A stretch of 64,000 nucleotides of DNA from an uncultured Paludibacter sp. (GTDB lineage: Bacteria > Bacteroidota > Bacteroidia > Bacteroidales > Paludibacteraceae), in the NCBI GenBank assembly GCA_963663115.2, contig CAXXNE010000001.1:81862-145861 (forward strand), read 5' to 3'. Under the pieces are notes generated by a model. It searched no databases. It had not been told where the DNA came from and saw nothing but the letters and a program-made list of their open reading frames with translations. Position 1 is the first letter of the stretch. Every line of letters begins with the position of its first letter. The position numbers and the translations under genes are program-made. Positions 38,520 through 47,140 of the stretch are shown one piece after another.

Positions 38520-39282
38520 CACTATCAGTCCTTTACTTTATAACTTTCAAACTTCTTACTTTCTAACTTCTAAATTGGAATCGGAATTCCAATCACCCGA
38601 ATAACAATGCCATCACTCCTGCCTCATCTGACCAACATCCCGTCTGACGGATGTCCCGTCTGACGGATTAAAACAAAAGCCTGATAGCATTTGTACACTA
38701 TCAGGCCTTTACTTTATAACTTTCTACTTTCTAACTTCTAAATTGGAATCGGAATTCCAATCACCCGAATAACAATGCCATCACTCCTGCCTCATCTGAC
38801 CAACATCCCGTCTGACGGATGTCCCGTCTGACGGATTAAAACAAAAGCCTGATAGCATTTGTACACTATCAGGCCTTTACTTTATAACTTTCAAACTTCT
38901 TACTTTCTAACTTCTAAATTGGAATCGGAATTCCAATCACCCGAATAACAATGCCATCACTCCTGCCTCATCTGACCAACATCCCGTCTGACGGATGTCC
39001 CGTCTGACGGATTAAAACAAAAGCCTGATAGCATTTGTACACTATCAGGCCTTTACTTTATAACTTTCAAACTTCTTACTTTCTAACTTCTAAATTGGAA
39101 TCGGAATTCCAATCACCCGAATAACAATGCCATCACTCCTGCCTCATCTGACCAACATCCCGTCTGACGGATGTCCCGTCTGACGGATTAAAACAAAAAG
39201 CCTGATAGCATTTACACTATCAGGCTTTTTACTTTATAACTTTCTACTTTCTAACTTTTCACTTTCTAACTTTCAACTAAAA
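38520..39282 (-). repeat. tandem array of about 4.4 copies of a 168-177-bp unit, each carrying a minus-strand terminator hairpin
   Basis: The hairpin GCCTGATAG...CTATCAGGC occurs at 38679-38706, 38847-38874, 39023-39050 and 39200-39225, with a partial copy at 38520. Each unit also holds ATTGGAAT-CGGA-ATTCCAAT and a duplicated TCCCGTCTGACGGAT. Confidence 0.95.
39191..39225 (-). terminator. Rho-independent terminator of the OmpA-family gene (first of four tandem copies)
   Basis: The minus strand reads GCCTGATAGTGTAAATGCTATCAGGC followed by TTTTTGTTTT. It lies 58 nt downstream of the stop at 39283. Confidence 0.75.
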
Positions 39283-40887
39283 TCATTTTACTTTTACAAT
39301 AACCAACTGATTTTTCACCAGGTCGGTAGAGTAAGGCTGAACTCCATCGCCAAACCAACGTACTGTTACCTGTTTGGTACTTGCACCACATTTCTGAATC
39401 AGATAATTGGCTACGCTTACGGCACGTTTTTTCGAAAGTTCGGTATTGTATTCTGGTGTTACACCGGCAGTTTTACTGGCATATCCGTTCACAATAATCT
39501 GTGCATTCGGGTTTGTTTTCAGATAGTCAGCAACCTTATTCAGTTCAGCTATCTGTGCATCATCACCTATTTCAGCTTTTTCAATCAGGAAGAAAACCTG
39601 AGCAAAAGCATCGCGTACCATAGAGCTAACCGAAGCTGCATCTAAATTGGTAGCAGGAACCGTTCCAATTGCTTTTGTTGTATTTGCTTCTTCGCCGGAG
39701 TTAATAATAACCACACGGTTTTTCACTACTTCTTTGTAAGGTTGTACAGCGCTGCCATACCATTTCACCTGTATACGATCAGCAGGGATATTGTATTTAT
39801 TGATCAGCAGATTAGCCAGATTTACAGCACGACGTTTCGATACTTCGCGGTTTACAGCAGCTGTACCTGTAGCGTTATCGGCATAACCACTAACAGTAAC
39901 AATAGCTGTAGGATTTGCATTCATGTAAGATACAATTTTATCCACAATTTCCTGCTGTTTGCTATCGGTTACCGTAAATTTATTGATGCCATAGAATACG
40001 CTTTCTTTGATTTCAGGTGTAGTAATAGCCACTACCGGAGGAACAACTACAGGAACTACCGGCTCTACTACTGTTGGAACAACCGGTTTCACTGTATCCA
40101 CTTTAGCTACAATAGGTTTTTCCGGTTCTGTTACCACAGGAACAGTTGGTTCTGTCACCACAGGTACTGTAGGTTCGGTTACAACAGGCACGGTTGGTTC
40201 TGTTACTACAGGAACAACAACTTCCGGCTCTATCGGTTTTGGTGCTTTCTTTACATATTCAGGTAAACGATAACTGATACCCAGGGTTAAGGCGGGAGAA
40301 GCATCGAAAAACATAGCTGATACTTCATCGTTCGTATTATCAGTCATCATATTGCCTTCAGCAATAATATTCAGTTTTAAATCATTGGTGAGTTTAATAT
40401 CGGCCTGCGCACCTGCACGTAAAAAAGGACTTGCAAAAGGCGTAGTAACCGTATTTTTATTCATATAATCAACACCGGTACCGGCAAAAAGAAGAAAATC
40501 GAACCAGCGGTTAGCATCCCAACCATTTTCCAACGCTGATAAATTCAACAACACATCGGCTGTCAGACTTTCACCATTAAAAGGAGTTGTATAAGTTGGC
40601 CTGTAATGATTATACTGATTAAAACCAAGCATACCACGTAAAGCCCAAACAGGAGTAAAATTGTAAGTACCTGAGAAACGTCCCAGATAGCCCATACTTC
40701 CGGGAAGTGACCATGCATTGCTACCGGTACCATCCAGAATATTATTTCCTTCTCCCATAAACCAGTTAACCCCGCCATTCAGTCCCAATGACCAGCCTGG
40801 TTTAAAAGCAGTGGATTTTTCCTGCGCAAAGCTTTGAAGCACTGTGGTCATCAACAGAACCAATGTAATGATAGTCAGCTTTTTCAT
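39283..40887 (-). CDS. OmpA-family outer-membrane protein: N-terminal beta-barrel, Pro/Val/Thr/Glu linker, two OmpA_C-like domains
   Basis: A signal peptide, then a beta-barrel-like first ~210 aa. Two peptidoglycan-binding-type segments follow (VSGYADNATGTAAVNREVSKRRAVNLANLL and VNGYASKTAGVTPEYNTELSKKRAVSVANYL). Confidence 0.8.
   Translation of the reverse strand: MKKLTIITLVLLMTTVLQSFAQEKSTAFKPGWSLGLNGGVNWFMGEGNNILDGTGSNAWSLPGSMGYLGRFSGTYNFTPVWALRGMLGFNQYNHYRPTYTTPFNGESLTADVLLNLSALENGWDANRWFDFLLFAGTGVDYMNKNTVTTPFASPFLRAGAQADIKLTNDLKLNIIAEGNMMTDNTNDEVSAMFFDASPALTLGISYRLPEYVKKAPKPIEPEVVVPVVTEPTVPVVTEPTVPVVTEPTVPVVTEPEKPIVAKVDTVKPVVPTVVEPVVPVVVPPVVAITTPEIKESVFYGINKFTVTDSKQQEIVDKIVSYMNANPTAIVTVSGYADNATGTAAVNREVSKRRAVNLANLLINKYNIPADRIQVKWYGSAVQPYKEVVKNRVVIINSGEEANTTKAIGTVPATNLDAASVSSMVRDAFAQVFFLIEKAEIGDDAQIAELNKVADYLKTNPNAQIIVNGYASKTAGVTPEYNTELSKKRAVSVANYLIQKCGASTKQVTVRWFGDGVQPYSTDLVKNQLVIVKVK
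40124..40219. repeat. four imperfect 24-bp tandem repeats encoding the (TEPTVPVV)n linker
   Basis: Units start at 40124, 40148, 40172 and 40196 and differ by a few substitutions each, almost all synonymous. Confidence 0.85.
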
Positions 40888-41241
40888 ATCAATTTAATAT
40901 TTTGATTTTATGTTATTTATGTTGTAAATATTCAACAGTTATCATAGTATCATTTGCAATTTACAACACTATCTTGCAAAAATACATTTTTTTTTACAAT
41001 AACACTCATTTTCAGCGTTTTTTTTGCGAATTTCAGCGTTTTTTTCTCTAAACCAGTTGTTATGTAATATGATTATCTGCAGAACGACCTAATCAAAAAG
41101 AAAAGGAACGCTGTATAGCAAGCTTACACAATTACACCATTACTCTTTTACCCCTACTTTCTACCTACTACCAACTGTCTTCCAACTTTAAAAACTTTAT
41201 AACTTTCTACTTTCTTACTTTCCAACTTTCCAACTTTCTTC

Positions 41242-41916
41242 TCAATAGTAACACATACACTTCCTATTTGCCTCTCCATCGAAATGATATATAAATCCGA
41301 TTTTGGCAGCCGGGTATATATCCACCGGAAATCCATCCATAGCAAGGCTATTCAGTTTATCATCAGTAGCATTGATTTCTCCGGCCAGAGTAATATCCCA
41401 ATTGGTATCCACATGGAAATTAAACTGTCCCCCACCCTGCAAAACATAGGATGTTACAGGAGGCAAAGTCCCGAAAAGCGGTCGGTAGAAACCACCCGCA
41501 CCGGCATACAGAAGTATATCACTATTACCATTCAGGAAATTGAATTTGAGCGCATTGTTCAGATTCAGCACGGCATCAAAAATAAGCTGAGGTGAAGAAA
41601 AAGATTTGATGGTGAGCTGACTATCGAAGGGCCAGTTGAAATTCTGATTTGTGAATACCGCTCTCGCACCCCACACCGATGAAAAATCATATCCAACCGT
41701 AAGACCGATATTATTACCAATGGCTTTCGGCATTTTGGAGACATCAGGCAGATAAGCAGCATAATTCTCGGATATAAAAAGATTGACACCCGCATTGACG
41801 CCGACATACCATCCGGTACCGGAAGATGAACTTTGATATTTTTGTGCCGAAACAACAGATAGTACAAAAAGCAATACGAGTAGAACAAAACCTTTACTTT
41901 TCATTATTTGAATCAT
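41242..41916 (-). CDS. outer-membrane beta-barrel (porin-family) protein
   Basis: A signal peptide and alternating beta-strand pattern. A canonical C-terminal beta-signal ...AAKIGFIYHF is followed by an unusual 12-aa extension, DGEANRKCMCYY. Confidence 0.65.
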   Translation of the reverse strand: MIQIMKSKGFVLLVLLFVLSVVSAQKYQSSSSGTGWYVGVNAGVNLFISENYAAYLPDVSKMPKAIGNNIGLTVGYDFSSVWGARAVFTNQNFNWPFDSQLTIKSFSSPQLIFDAVLNLNNALKFNFLNGNSDILLYAGAGGFYRPLFGTLPPVTSYVLQGGGQFNFHVDTNWDITLAGEINATDDKLNSLAMDGFPVDIYPAAKIGFIYHFDGEANRKCMCYY

Positions 41917-42157
41917 TTACATTTTATACATTTTCAATTAATTCATTAATTATTTATGCATCATCACATATGCACGTCAACTCTCCTGATAGTATTAGGG
42001 ACACATCACCACATCCAAATTCGCGAGTCGGAACTCGCGACACCCGACATCCTCACATCAACTCTCTCAATAGCTATCAAAGACTGCTTAACAGAACTTC
42101 AAAAATGCCAAATCCCGACTACTAACTACCTACTCCGGACTCAGAACTCAATACTAC

Positions 42158-44527
42158 CTACTCCCCTTTCTTTCCGTACCCGTATCCGTATCCGTACGTT
42201 TTACCATATCCGTACCCGTAGCGACGACTGTATGTATACCGGTTAATTTCCAGATTTACATCGTTGATAACAAAGAAAATACGTTTGAGTGAATTTTCAG
42301 CTTTCACCCGGTTCACAAATTCAATATTGCGTTTATCGGTATAATCGGCTCTACACACATACAATGTCAGATTGCTAACTCTGTCGATCAGGAAGGTATC
42401 AGAAACTGCTCCCACCGGAGCTGTATCAATAATCACATAGTCGTATTCCTTTTTCAGATCGACAACCATCGCATCGAAACGTTCACGCTGTATTAATTCA
42501 GTTGGGTTTGGAGGAACAATACCGGCCGGCAGTACCGTTAGATTCGGAAATTGTTCCGGCGTATATAACATCGGCCGGTAATCTTTTTCCTGTCCAGACA
42601 GATACGATGTCAAACCTTCCTTGCGGGTAATACCAAAGTAACGTGCTATTTGAGGCTTCCGGAGATCCATACCCATCAGCAACACTTTTTTGTCGGTAAG
42701 CGACAGCATGGTTGCCAGATTGATACTGACAAAAGTTTTACCTTCGCCAGCCATGGTGGAAGTTACCAGAATCACCTTTTCGGCAGGATAATCGAGCGTA
42801 AACTGCAACTTGGTTCGCAACAAACGGAAAAGCTCCGAGTTGGAACTGGCATTGGTTTGCGGATTGATAAATATGCCATCTTCCTGATTATGTCCCAACT
42901 CAGTAATCACCGGTATATCGGTAAGTTTTTCAATATCGGAACGGTGACGAACTGTTGTATTTAGTAATTCCAGAATATAAATAACAATACCGGGAATAAG
43001 CAGACCCACCAGAAAGAAGATACCCAGAATTAAGTTCCGATGCGGAGCAATCTGACTAAAATCGTCGGGCGTATTAAGCACACGGCCTTTGGGAACAGAC
43101 ACTGCTGTATTCAGCCCGGCTTCTTCACGTTTCTGTAACAGGAATAAGTATAAAGAAGCTTTCACCTGTTGTTGACGTTTGATTTCCAGAATCTCACGTT
43201 CTTTGCGTGGTATACTTCTTATTTTACCCATCATCTCGGAGTTTTGCAATTTCAGATCATTACCCGTTATCTGAAGACCTTTCCGGCTATTGCTTATACC
43301 TGTTAATATGGCATTGCGGGTAAGGGTAATTTCCTGTTCAACCAATTTAAGCGATGGATTTTCATCCGACGAACCATGAGCCAGTCGTTGTCTGTTGATC
43401 ACCAGTTCGTTGTATTTCTGAATAACACCCACAAGTCCCGCATCGGTCAAACCCAGATTAGGAATCAACGCATACCGGTTTGCCGGTTGTTTCACAAAAT
43501 CTTCGATATATTTAATCAAATGTTGTTGCATTTCAACATCAATTTGTCGCTGATCGAACAAAGAATTTTTTTCCAGGAATATCTGCGCATCCTGATCAAT
43601 ATCAGTCAGATGATTGGTTTGCTTATAATCCTCCACTTCTTTTTCCACATTACTCAGTTCCTCGGTTAACAACACCATACGGTCGTCGATAAACTTCACG
43701 GTATTGATGGCCGATAAATTATTTTGTTCGGAAGCATCGCGGTTATACACTTCAGCCAGAGCATTCAGTATATCCTGTCCTTTTTTTACATTCGAAGTTT
43801 TAATGGTAATATCAATTACATCAATCATTTTACCAACTTCGGTACTGATAGCGCCTTTGGCAATATTTCTGGCAACTTTTACCGGATCGCTAATAGTAAT
43901 AGTGATTTCTTCTTCCGGAAATTGTCTATCGGGGCGTACCTGCATATAAACCGTACCGGCAGGAGTTTTCAGAAAGGCCGGAAGTTGAGTGATTTTTTGC
44001 TCAAACTGTTCCTTTTTAAAAGATCCTTTTACTATAAGACCGTTTTTGGCAGGTATCACTTTCAGTACCAGTGTTGCTTTCAATTCTGCCAACGCAGCAC
44101 TATCCAAACGTACATACAATGGAGATTCGGTATATAATTCTTTGGTCTGAAGAAATTTTTCTGATGTATAAGTAGTATAAAGTTCAAGCTTGTTTATCAC
44201 CTTTTTCATCAACACAGTCGACTTGATAACCTGTTCCTCGTTATTGATCATGGATGTGGATCGACCTCCCATACCGGCTGCATCCAACTGTTTCAGCACC
44301 GACATTTCGTTCATCTGTCCGCTGCGGGTTTGGTCAATAATCAGAATAGATGATTTCAGCTCATATACATCCTGCTGCATTCGTCCGTAAATAGCTCCGG
44401 CAATCAGGGCAATTACCCCCGAAAGCACAAACCATTTCCAGTGCATCAGAATTTTTTCGAAAATCTCCCGCCAGTTTATGGGTTTTTCCTGCAATTCCTG
44501 TTCAAGTTGATCTAAATAATTATCCAT
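42158..44527 (-). CDS. polysaccharide co-polymerase / tyrosine autokinase (Wzz domain plus BY-kinase)
   Basis: 789 aa with two TM segments flanking a long coiled periplasmic region. It has a Walker A motif (AGEGKTF) and a C-terminal Tyr cluster (RYGYGYGKTYGYGYGYG). Confidence 0.85.
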   Translation of the reverse strand: MDNYLDQLEQELQEKPINWREIFEKILMHWKWFVLSGVIALIAGAIYGRMQQDVYELKSSILIIDQTRSGQMNEMSVLKQLDAAGMGGRSTSMINNEEQVIKSTVLMKKVINKLELYTTYTSEKFLQTKELYTESPLYVRLDSAALAELKATLVLKVIPAKNGLIVKGSFKKEQFEQKITQLPAFLKTPAGTVYMQVRPDRQFPEEEITITISDPVKVARNIAKGAISTEVGKMIDVIDITIKTSNVKKGQDILNALAEVYNRDASEQNNLSAINTVKFIDDRMVLLTEELSNVEKEVEDYKQTNHLTDIDQDAQIFLEKNSLFDQRQIDVEMQQHLIKYIEDFVKQPANRYALIPNLGLTDAGLVGVIQKYNELVINRQRLAHGSSDENPSLKLVEQEITLTRNAILTGISNSRKGLQITGNDLKLQNSEMMGKIRSIPRKEREILEIKRQQQVKASLYLFLLQKREEAGLNTAVSVPKGRVLNTPDDFSQIAPHRNLILGIFFLVGLLIPGIVIYILELLNTTVRHRSDIEKLTDIPVITELGHNQEDGIFINPQTNASSNSELFRLLRTKLQFTLDYPAEKVILVTSTMAGEGKTFVSINLATMLSLTDKKVLLMGMDLRKPQIARYFGITRKEGLTSYLSGQEKDYRPMLYTPEQFPNLTVLPAGIVPPNPTELIQRERFDAMVVDLKKEYDYVIIDTAPVGAVSDTFLIDRVSNLTLYVCRADYTDKRNIEFVNRVKAENSLKRIFFVINDVNLEINRYTYSRRYGYGYGKTYGYGYGYGKKGE

Positions 44528-44581
44528 ATTTTATTTGAGTTTGTAAAGTTGAAAGTTTATAAAGTTTGTAAAGTTGAAAGT

Positions 44582-44927
44582 TTATAAAGTTTTAATTAGT
44601 CCTGAGAGCATTTTGGATATTTCTAAAGATATTTTTTTTAATTCATCTGCTTTCTCTTCCGGCAATTTATTCAATTTTTTTGCTAAAATCAGCATTGAAC
44701 GTACTTCACCACATGAACCTTTAGCAATATAAAGAAAATGTCTGAATTCATTATTGCTCATTCTTTCAAATCCTTCGGCGATATTGTTCATTATTGAAAC
44801 GGAAGCTCTTTTGAATCTGATCTTTAAACCCAAAATCATTTGTTTTCTCAAATAAATTATAAATTTCAACAGTCAAATCCAACGCTTTTTGCCATGCAAT
44901 AATATCTTCAAATCTTTCTATTTTCAT
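44582..44927 (-). pseudogene. four-helix-bundle (23S rRNA intervening-sequence-type) protein gene with a +1 frameshift
   Basis: ATG 44925-44927 reads MKIERFEDIIAWQKALDLTVEIYNLFEKTNDFGFKDQIQ, then shifts frame at the T4/A4 run 44809-44812. The family sequence RASVSIMNNIAEGFER... continues in the tracked ORF frame. Confidence 0.6.
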
Positions 44928-45014
44928 ACTATAACCTTTCTACATTATAACTTTTTACTTTCCAACTTTTTACTTTCTAACTTTTTACTTTCTAACTTTT
45001 TACTTTCCAACTTT
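44928..45014. repeat. G-free octamer-periodic tract (ACTTTTTACTTTCYAACTTTTT)n
   Basis: No G between 44928 and 45014. It lies directly downstream of the wza-like stop codon. Confidence 0.9.
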
Positions 45015-45836
45015 TTACTTAAGTATATTAATCATCAACGATGTGAGTGAAATAAGCGTTCCTACGATGGAAATCGACAGCGATTCCGCCGAACCGAGTG
45101 CCGAACCTCTGGCTTTCGGATTATTGGGTTGTACATACAGTACATCGTTTTGTTGCAGATAATAATAATCGGATGTCACTAATTTCGGATTTCGCAAATC
45201 GATACGGTAACTGACGCGTTCACCTTTTTCGTTCTCACGAATCAACAACACATTTTCGCGTTGCCCATAGATAGTTAAATCGCCGGCCTGTGCAATAGCT
45301 TCGAGTATGCTGATACGCTCATTATCAATAGCGAGAATACCCGGTCGGTTTACCTCACCCAACACCGACACTTTATAATTGGCATAGCGAATGGTAATAA
45401 TGGGTTCATCTTTCAGAAAAGCCGGATATATTTTGGAGGTGAGCAATTCCGACAGTGCAGTTTTAGTAAGTCCTGCTGCATGAATTTTTCCAAGAACCGG
45501 AAAAATCATATCGCCCTGCACATCGATCAGATAATTTTGCAAGCTTGCGCCGCCCGACAGACTGGAACCTGAACCTATACTATACATTTTCATGGCTTCA
45601 CCACCGGGAACAACGGGTAAATTAAACGGAGCTGCAGCCTCAGCATTCAGCGAGTTCACAGTAACAGTCAGTAAATCCCCCGTTTTCAGAACAGGATCAG
45701 GTACTGCCTTCACAGAGGTTGCTTCAAGAGAAGCAACAGTGCCGCTATTCTGCAAATAAACCACATTTTTATAGGCATCGCAACTACTGAACAGCGCTAC
45801 GATAAGCAGAGGAAATAATATTTTTTTCACGTTCAA
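45015..45836 (-). CDS. polysaccharide export outer-membrane/periplasmic protein (Wza-like)
   Basis: Lipoprotein-type signal (LFSSC) and Poly_export/SLBB-like segments (LKTGDLLTVTV; GEVNRPG). Confidence 0.8.
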   Translation of the reverse strand: MNVKKILFPLLIVALFSSCDAYKNVVYLQNSGTVASLEATSVKAVPDPVLKTGDLLTVTVNSLNAEAAAPFNLPVVPGGEAMKMYSIGSGSSLSGGASLQNYLIDVQGDMIFPVLGKIHAAGLTKTALSELLTSKIYPAFLKDEPIITIRYANYKVSVLGEVNRPGILAIDNERISILEAIAQAGDLTIYGQRENVLLIRENEKGERVSYRIDLRNPKLVTSDYYYLQQNDVLYVQPNNPKARGSALGSAESLSISIVGTLISLTSLMINILK

Positions 45837-45880
45837 AATATAATAAGTTTTTAAGTATGCTATATTAAAAAAATCTTCAA

Positions 45881-45898
45881 TCCCGATAGCTATCGGGA
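45881..45898. repeat. isolated copy of the 18-bp perfect palindrome TCCCGATAGCTATCGGGA
   Basis: Identical to the copies nested in R1 and R4. Flanked by AAATCTTCAA on both sides (45871-45880, 45900-45909). Confidence 0.9.
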
Positions 45899-45914
45899 CA
45901 AATCTTCAAATTCT

Positions 45915-46385
45915 TCATTTCTTCACCACCTGATTTAGCTGCACGCAAACAGTTACCCCTATTTGTTCCACAAATAAAATCAGTTTATCCTTACCGGCCT
46001 TAACAACCTTGCCCTGTACATTTTTCAGTGGCCCGCAAACTACCTTCACCTCGTCGTCCGAAAGGAAAGTACAACTTTTCTCCCTGGCTTTCTCAACAAA
46101 GGTTCGCATAGCATCAATTTCTTTCTGACGGACAATTGCCGGACTTCCATTGTAATACACAATTCTGGCTACTCCATTTATCTGATACAAAGTCCTGAGC
46201 TGTTCGTCGGTTGTCTTTACAAAGATATATGAGGGAAAAAGCGGCATTTCAACCATTTTTACCCTGTCCGACCATTTACGCGGACATAAATGCAGCGGTA
46301 GATATGTTTCAATATCCCTGGCCTTCAGGCGTATCTCAACCTGTTTTTCGGCTTTAGCTGTTGTATATAGAACATACCAATTCAT
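45915..46385 (-). CDS. UpxY-family (NusG-like) transcription antiterminator
   Basis: MNWYVLYTTAKAEKQVEIRLK... is a NusG-N-like N-terminus, with a KOW-like C-terminus. It is the first gene of the export module, as in Bacteroidota capsule loci. Confidence 0.8.
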   Translation of the reverse strand: MNWYVLYTTAKAEKQVEIRLKARDIETYLPLHLCPRKWSDRVKMVEMPLFPSYIFVKTTDEQLRTLYQINGVARIVYYNGSPAIVRQKEIDAMRTFVEKAREKSCTFLSDDEVKVVCGPLKNVQGKVVKAGKDKLILFVEQIGVTVCVQLNQVVKK

Positions 46386-46818
46386 AACTACTTATTGCAT
46401 ATCAGCGTTAAAGTTAATATAAGGTGGAAAAATCGTAGTCAAATAAAAAAAGCCACTATCATATCAGTCTGAATCGCTTTCAGACCTCAATTCGGTAGCT
46501 TGTCATCAAAACATCCTACCGGGTTACTTTTTTTCACCCGACTGAATGTAAACAATTCATTTTCGGCAAATTCAGCCGTTAGAATGTTGAATATATATAA
46601 ATTGCGGTCTGTAAACCGTACGTAATTTATCAAAATGTCAGTTTTTCATTCGTTGACCATTTCTTTTCGGGCAAACAATTCAATGTTTGTTTCTGCTTGC
46701 TTTTCGTTGGTAAGCAAAAGTCGAAAAAAAAATCAGACATCTCCTGCTTATTAGCCACAGAACAATAAAATGTTCGTGCATGCATCGGAAATCAATTCAA
46801 AAATAATTCTTGTACCTG

Positions 46819-46826
46819 CAAAGATA
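46819..46826 (-). promoter_or_regulatory. candidate -7 box (TATCTTTG, minus strand) upstream of the UpxY-type gene
   Basis: TAnnTTTG match ~434 nt upstream of the ATG. No clear -33 element was seen. Confidence 0.25.
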
Positions 46827-46921
46827 TATAAAACTTTTAATTTATGTGAATAATAAGAGAAAAAACCTGCGCAAAAACATGAAACTGTAAGGAGTAGGTA
46901 GTTTGTAGTAGGTAGTTAGTA

Positions 46922-46991
46922 GTTCTGAGTTCTGAGTTCTGAGTTCTGAGTTCTGAGTTCTGAGTTCTGAGTTCTGAGTTCTGAGTTCTGA
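46922..46991. repeat. heptanucleotide microsatellite (GTTCTGA)10
   Basis: Ten perfect tandem copies counted directly, preceded by a C-free GTAG-rich tract (46887-46921). Confidence 0.95.
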
Positions 46992-47140
46992 GTGGAGGAT
47001 CTCACCCCCTGCCCCCTCTCCAGACCTCTCTCCCCATTCGGGTACTCTCCCCAGCTGGGGAAAGGAAATGGATTTCTTTATGATTATAGGGAAAGGAAAT
47101 GGAAAAAATTTAGTTATAAGGGGGAATACCGACTGCAACA

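Noticed and set aside
29415-39282. CRISPR array
   Set aside because: The material between repeats is itself repeated (no unique spacers). Unit lengths are irregular at 267-361 bp, and the repeats are composite hairpins. No cas genes are present in the window.
29415-39282. Integron-like cassette array (attC sites with TA cassettes, CALIN)
   Set aside because: Most units contain no cassette ORF at all. I found no R''/R' GTTRRRY-type core sites and no integrase. The repeats are heterogeneous module mosaics rather than a single attC-like palindrome.
39742-40273. 174-aa and 88-aa plus-strand ORFs (GTTGSTT... repeats)
   Set aside because: They are antisense to the OmpA-family CDS, and their repetitiveness mirrors the linker-coding 24-bp repeats.
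46386-46991. Invertible (fin-type) promoter upstream of the UpxY-family gene
   Set aside because: I could not find a pair of inverted repeats bracketing the candidate promoter. No site-specific recombinase gene is nearby.
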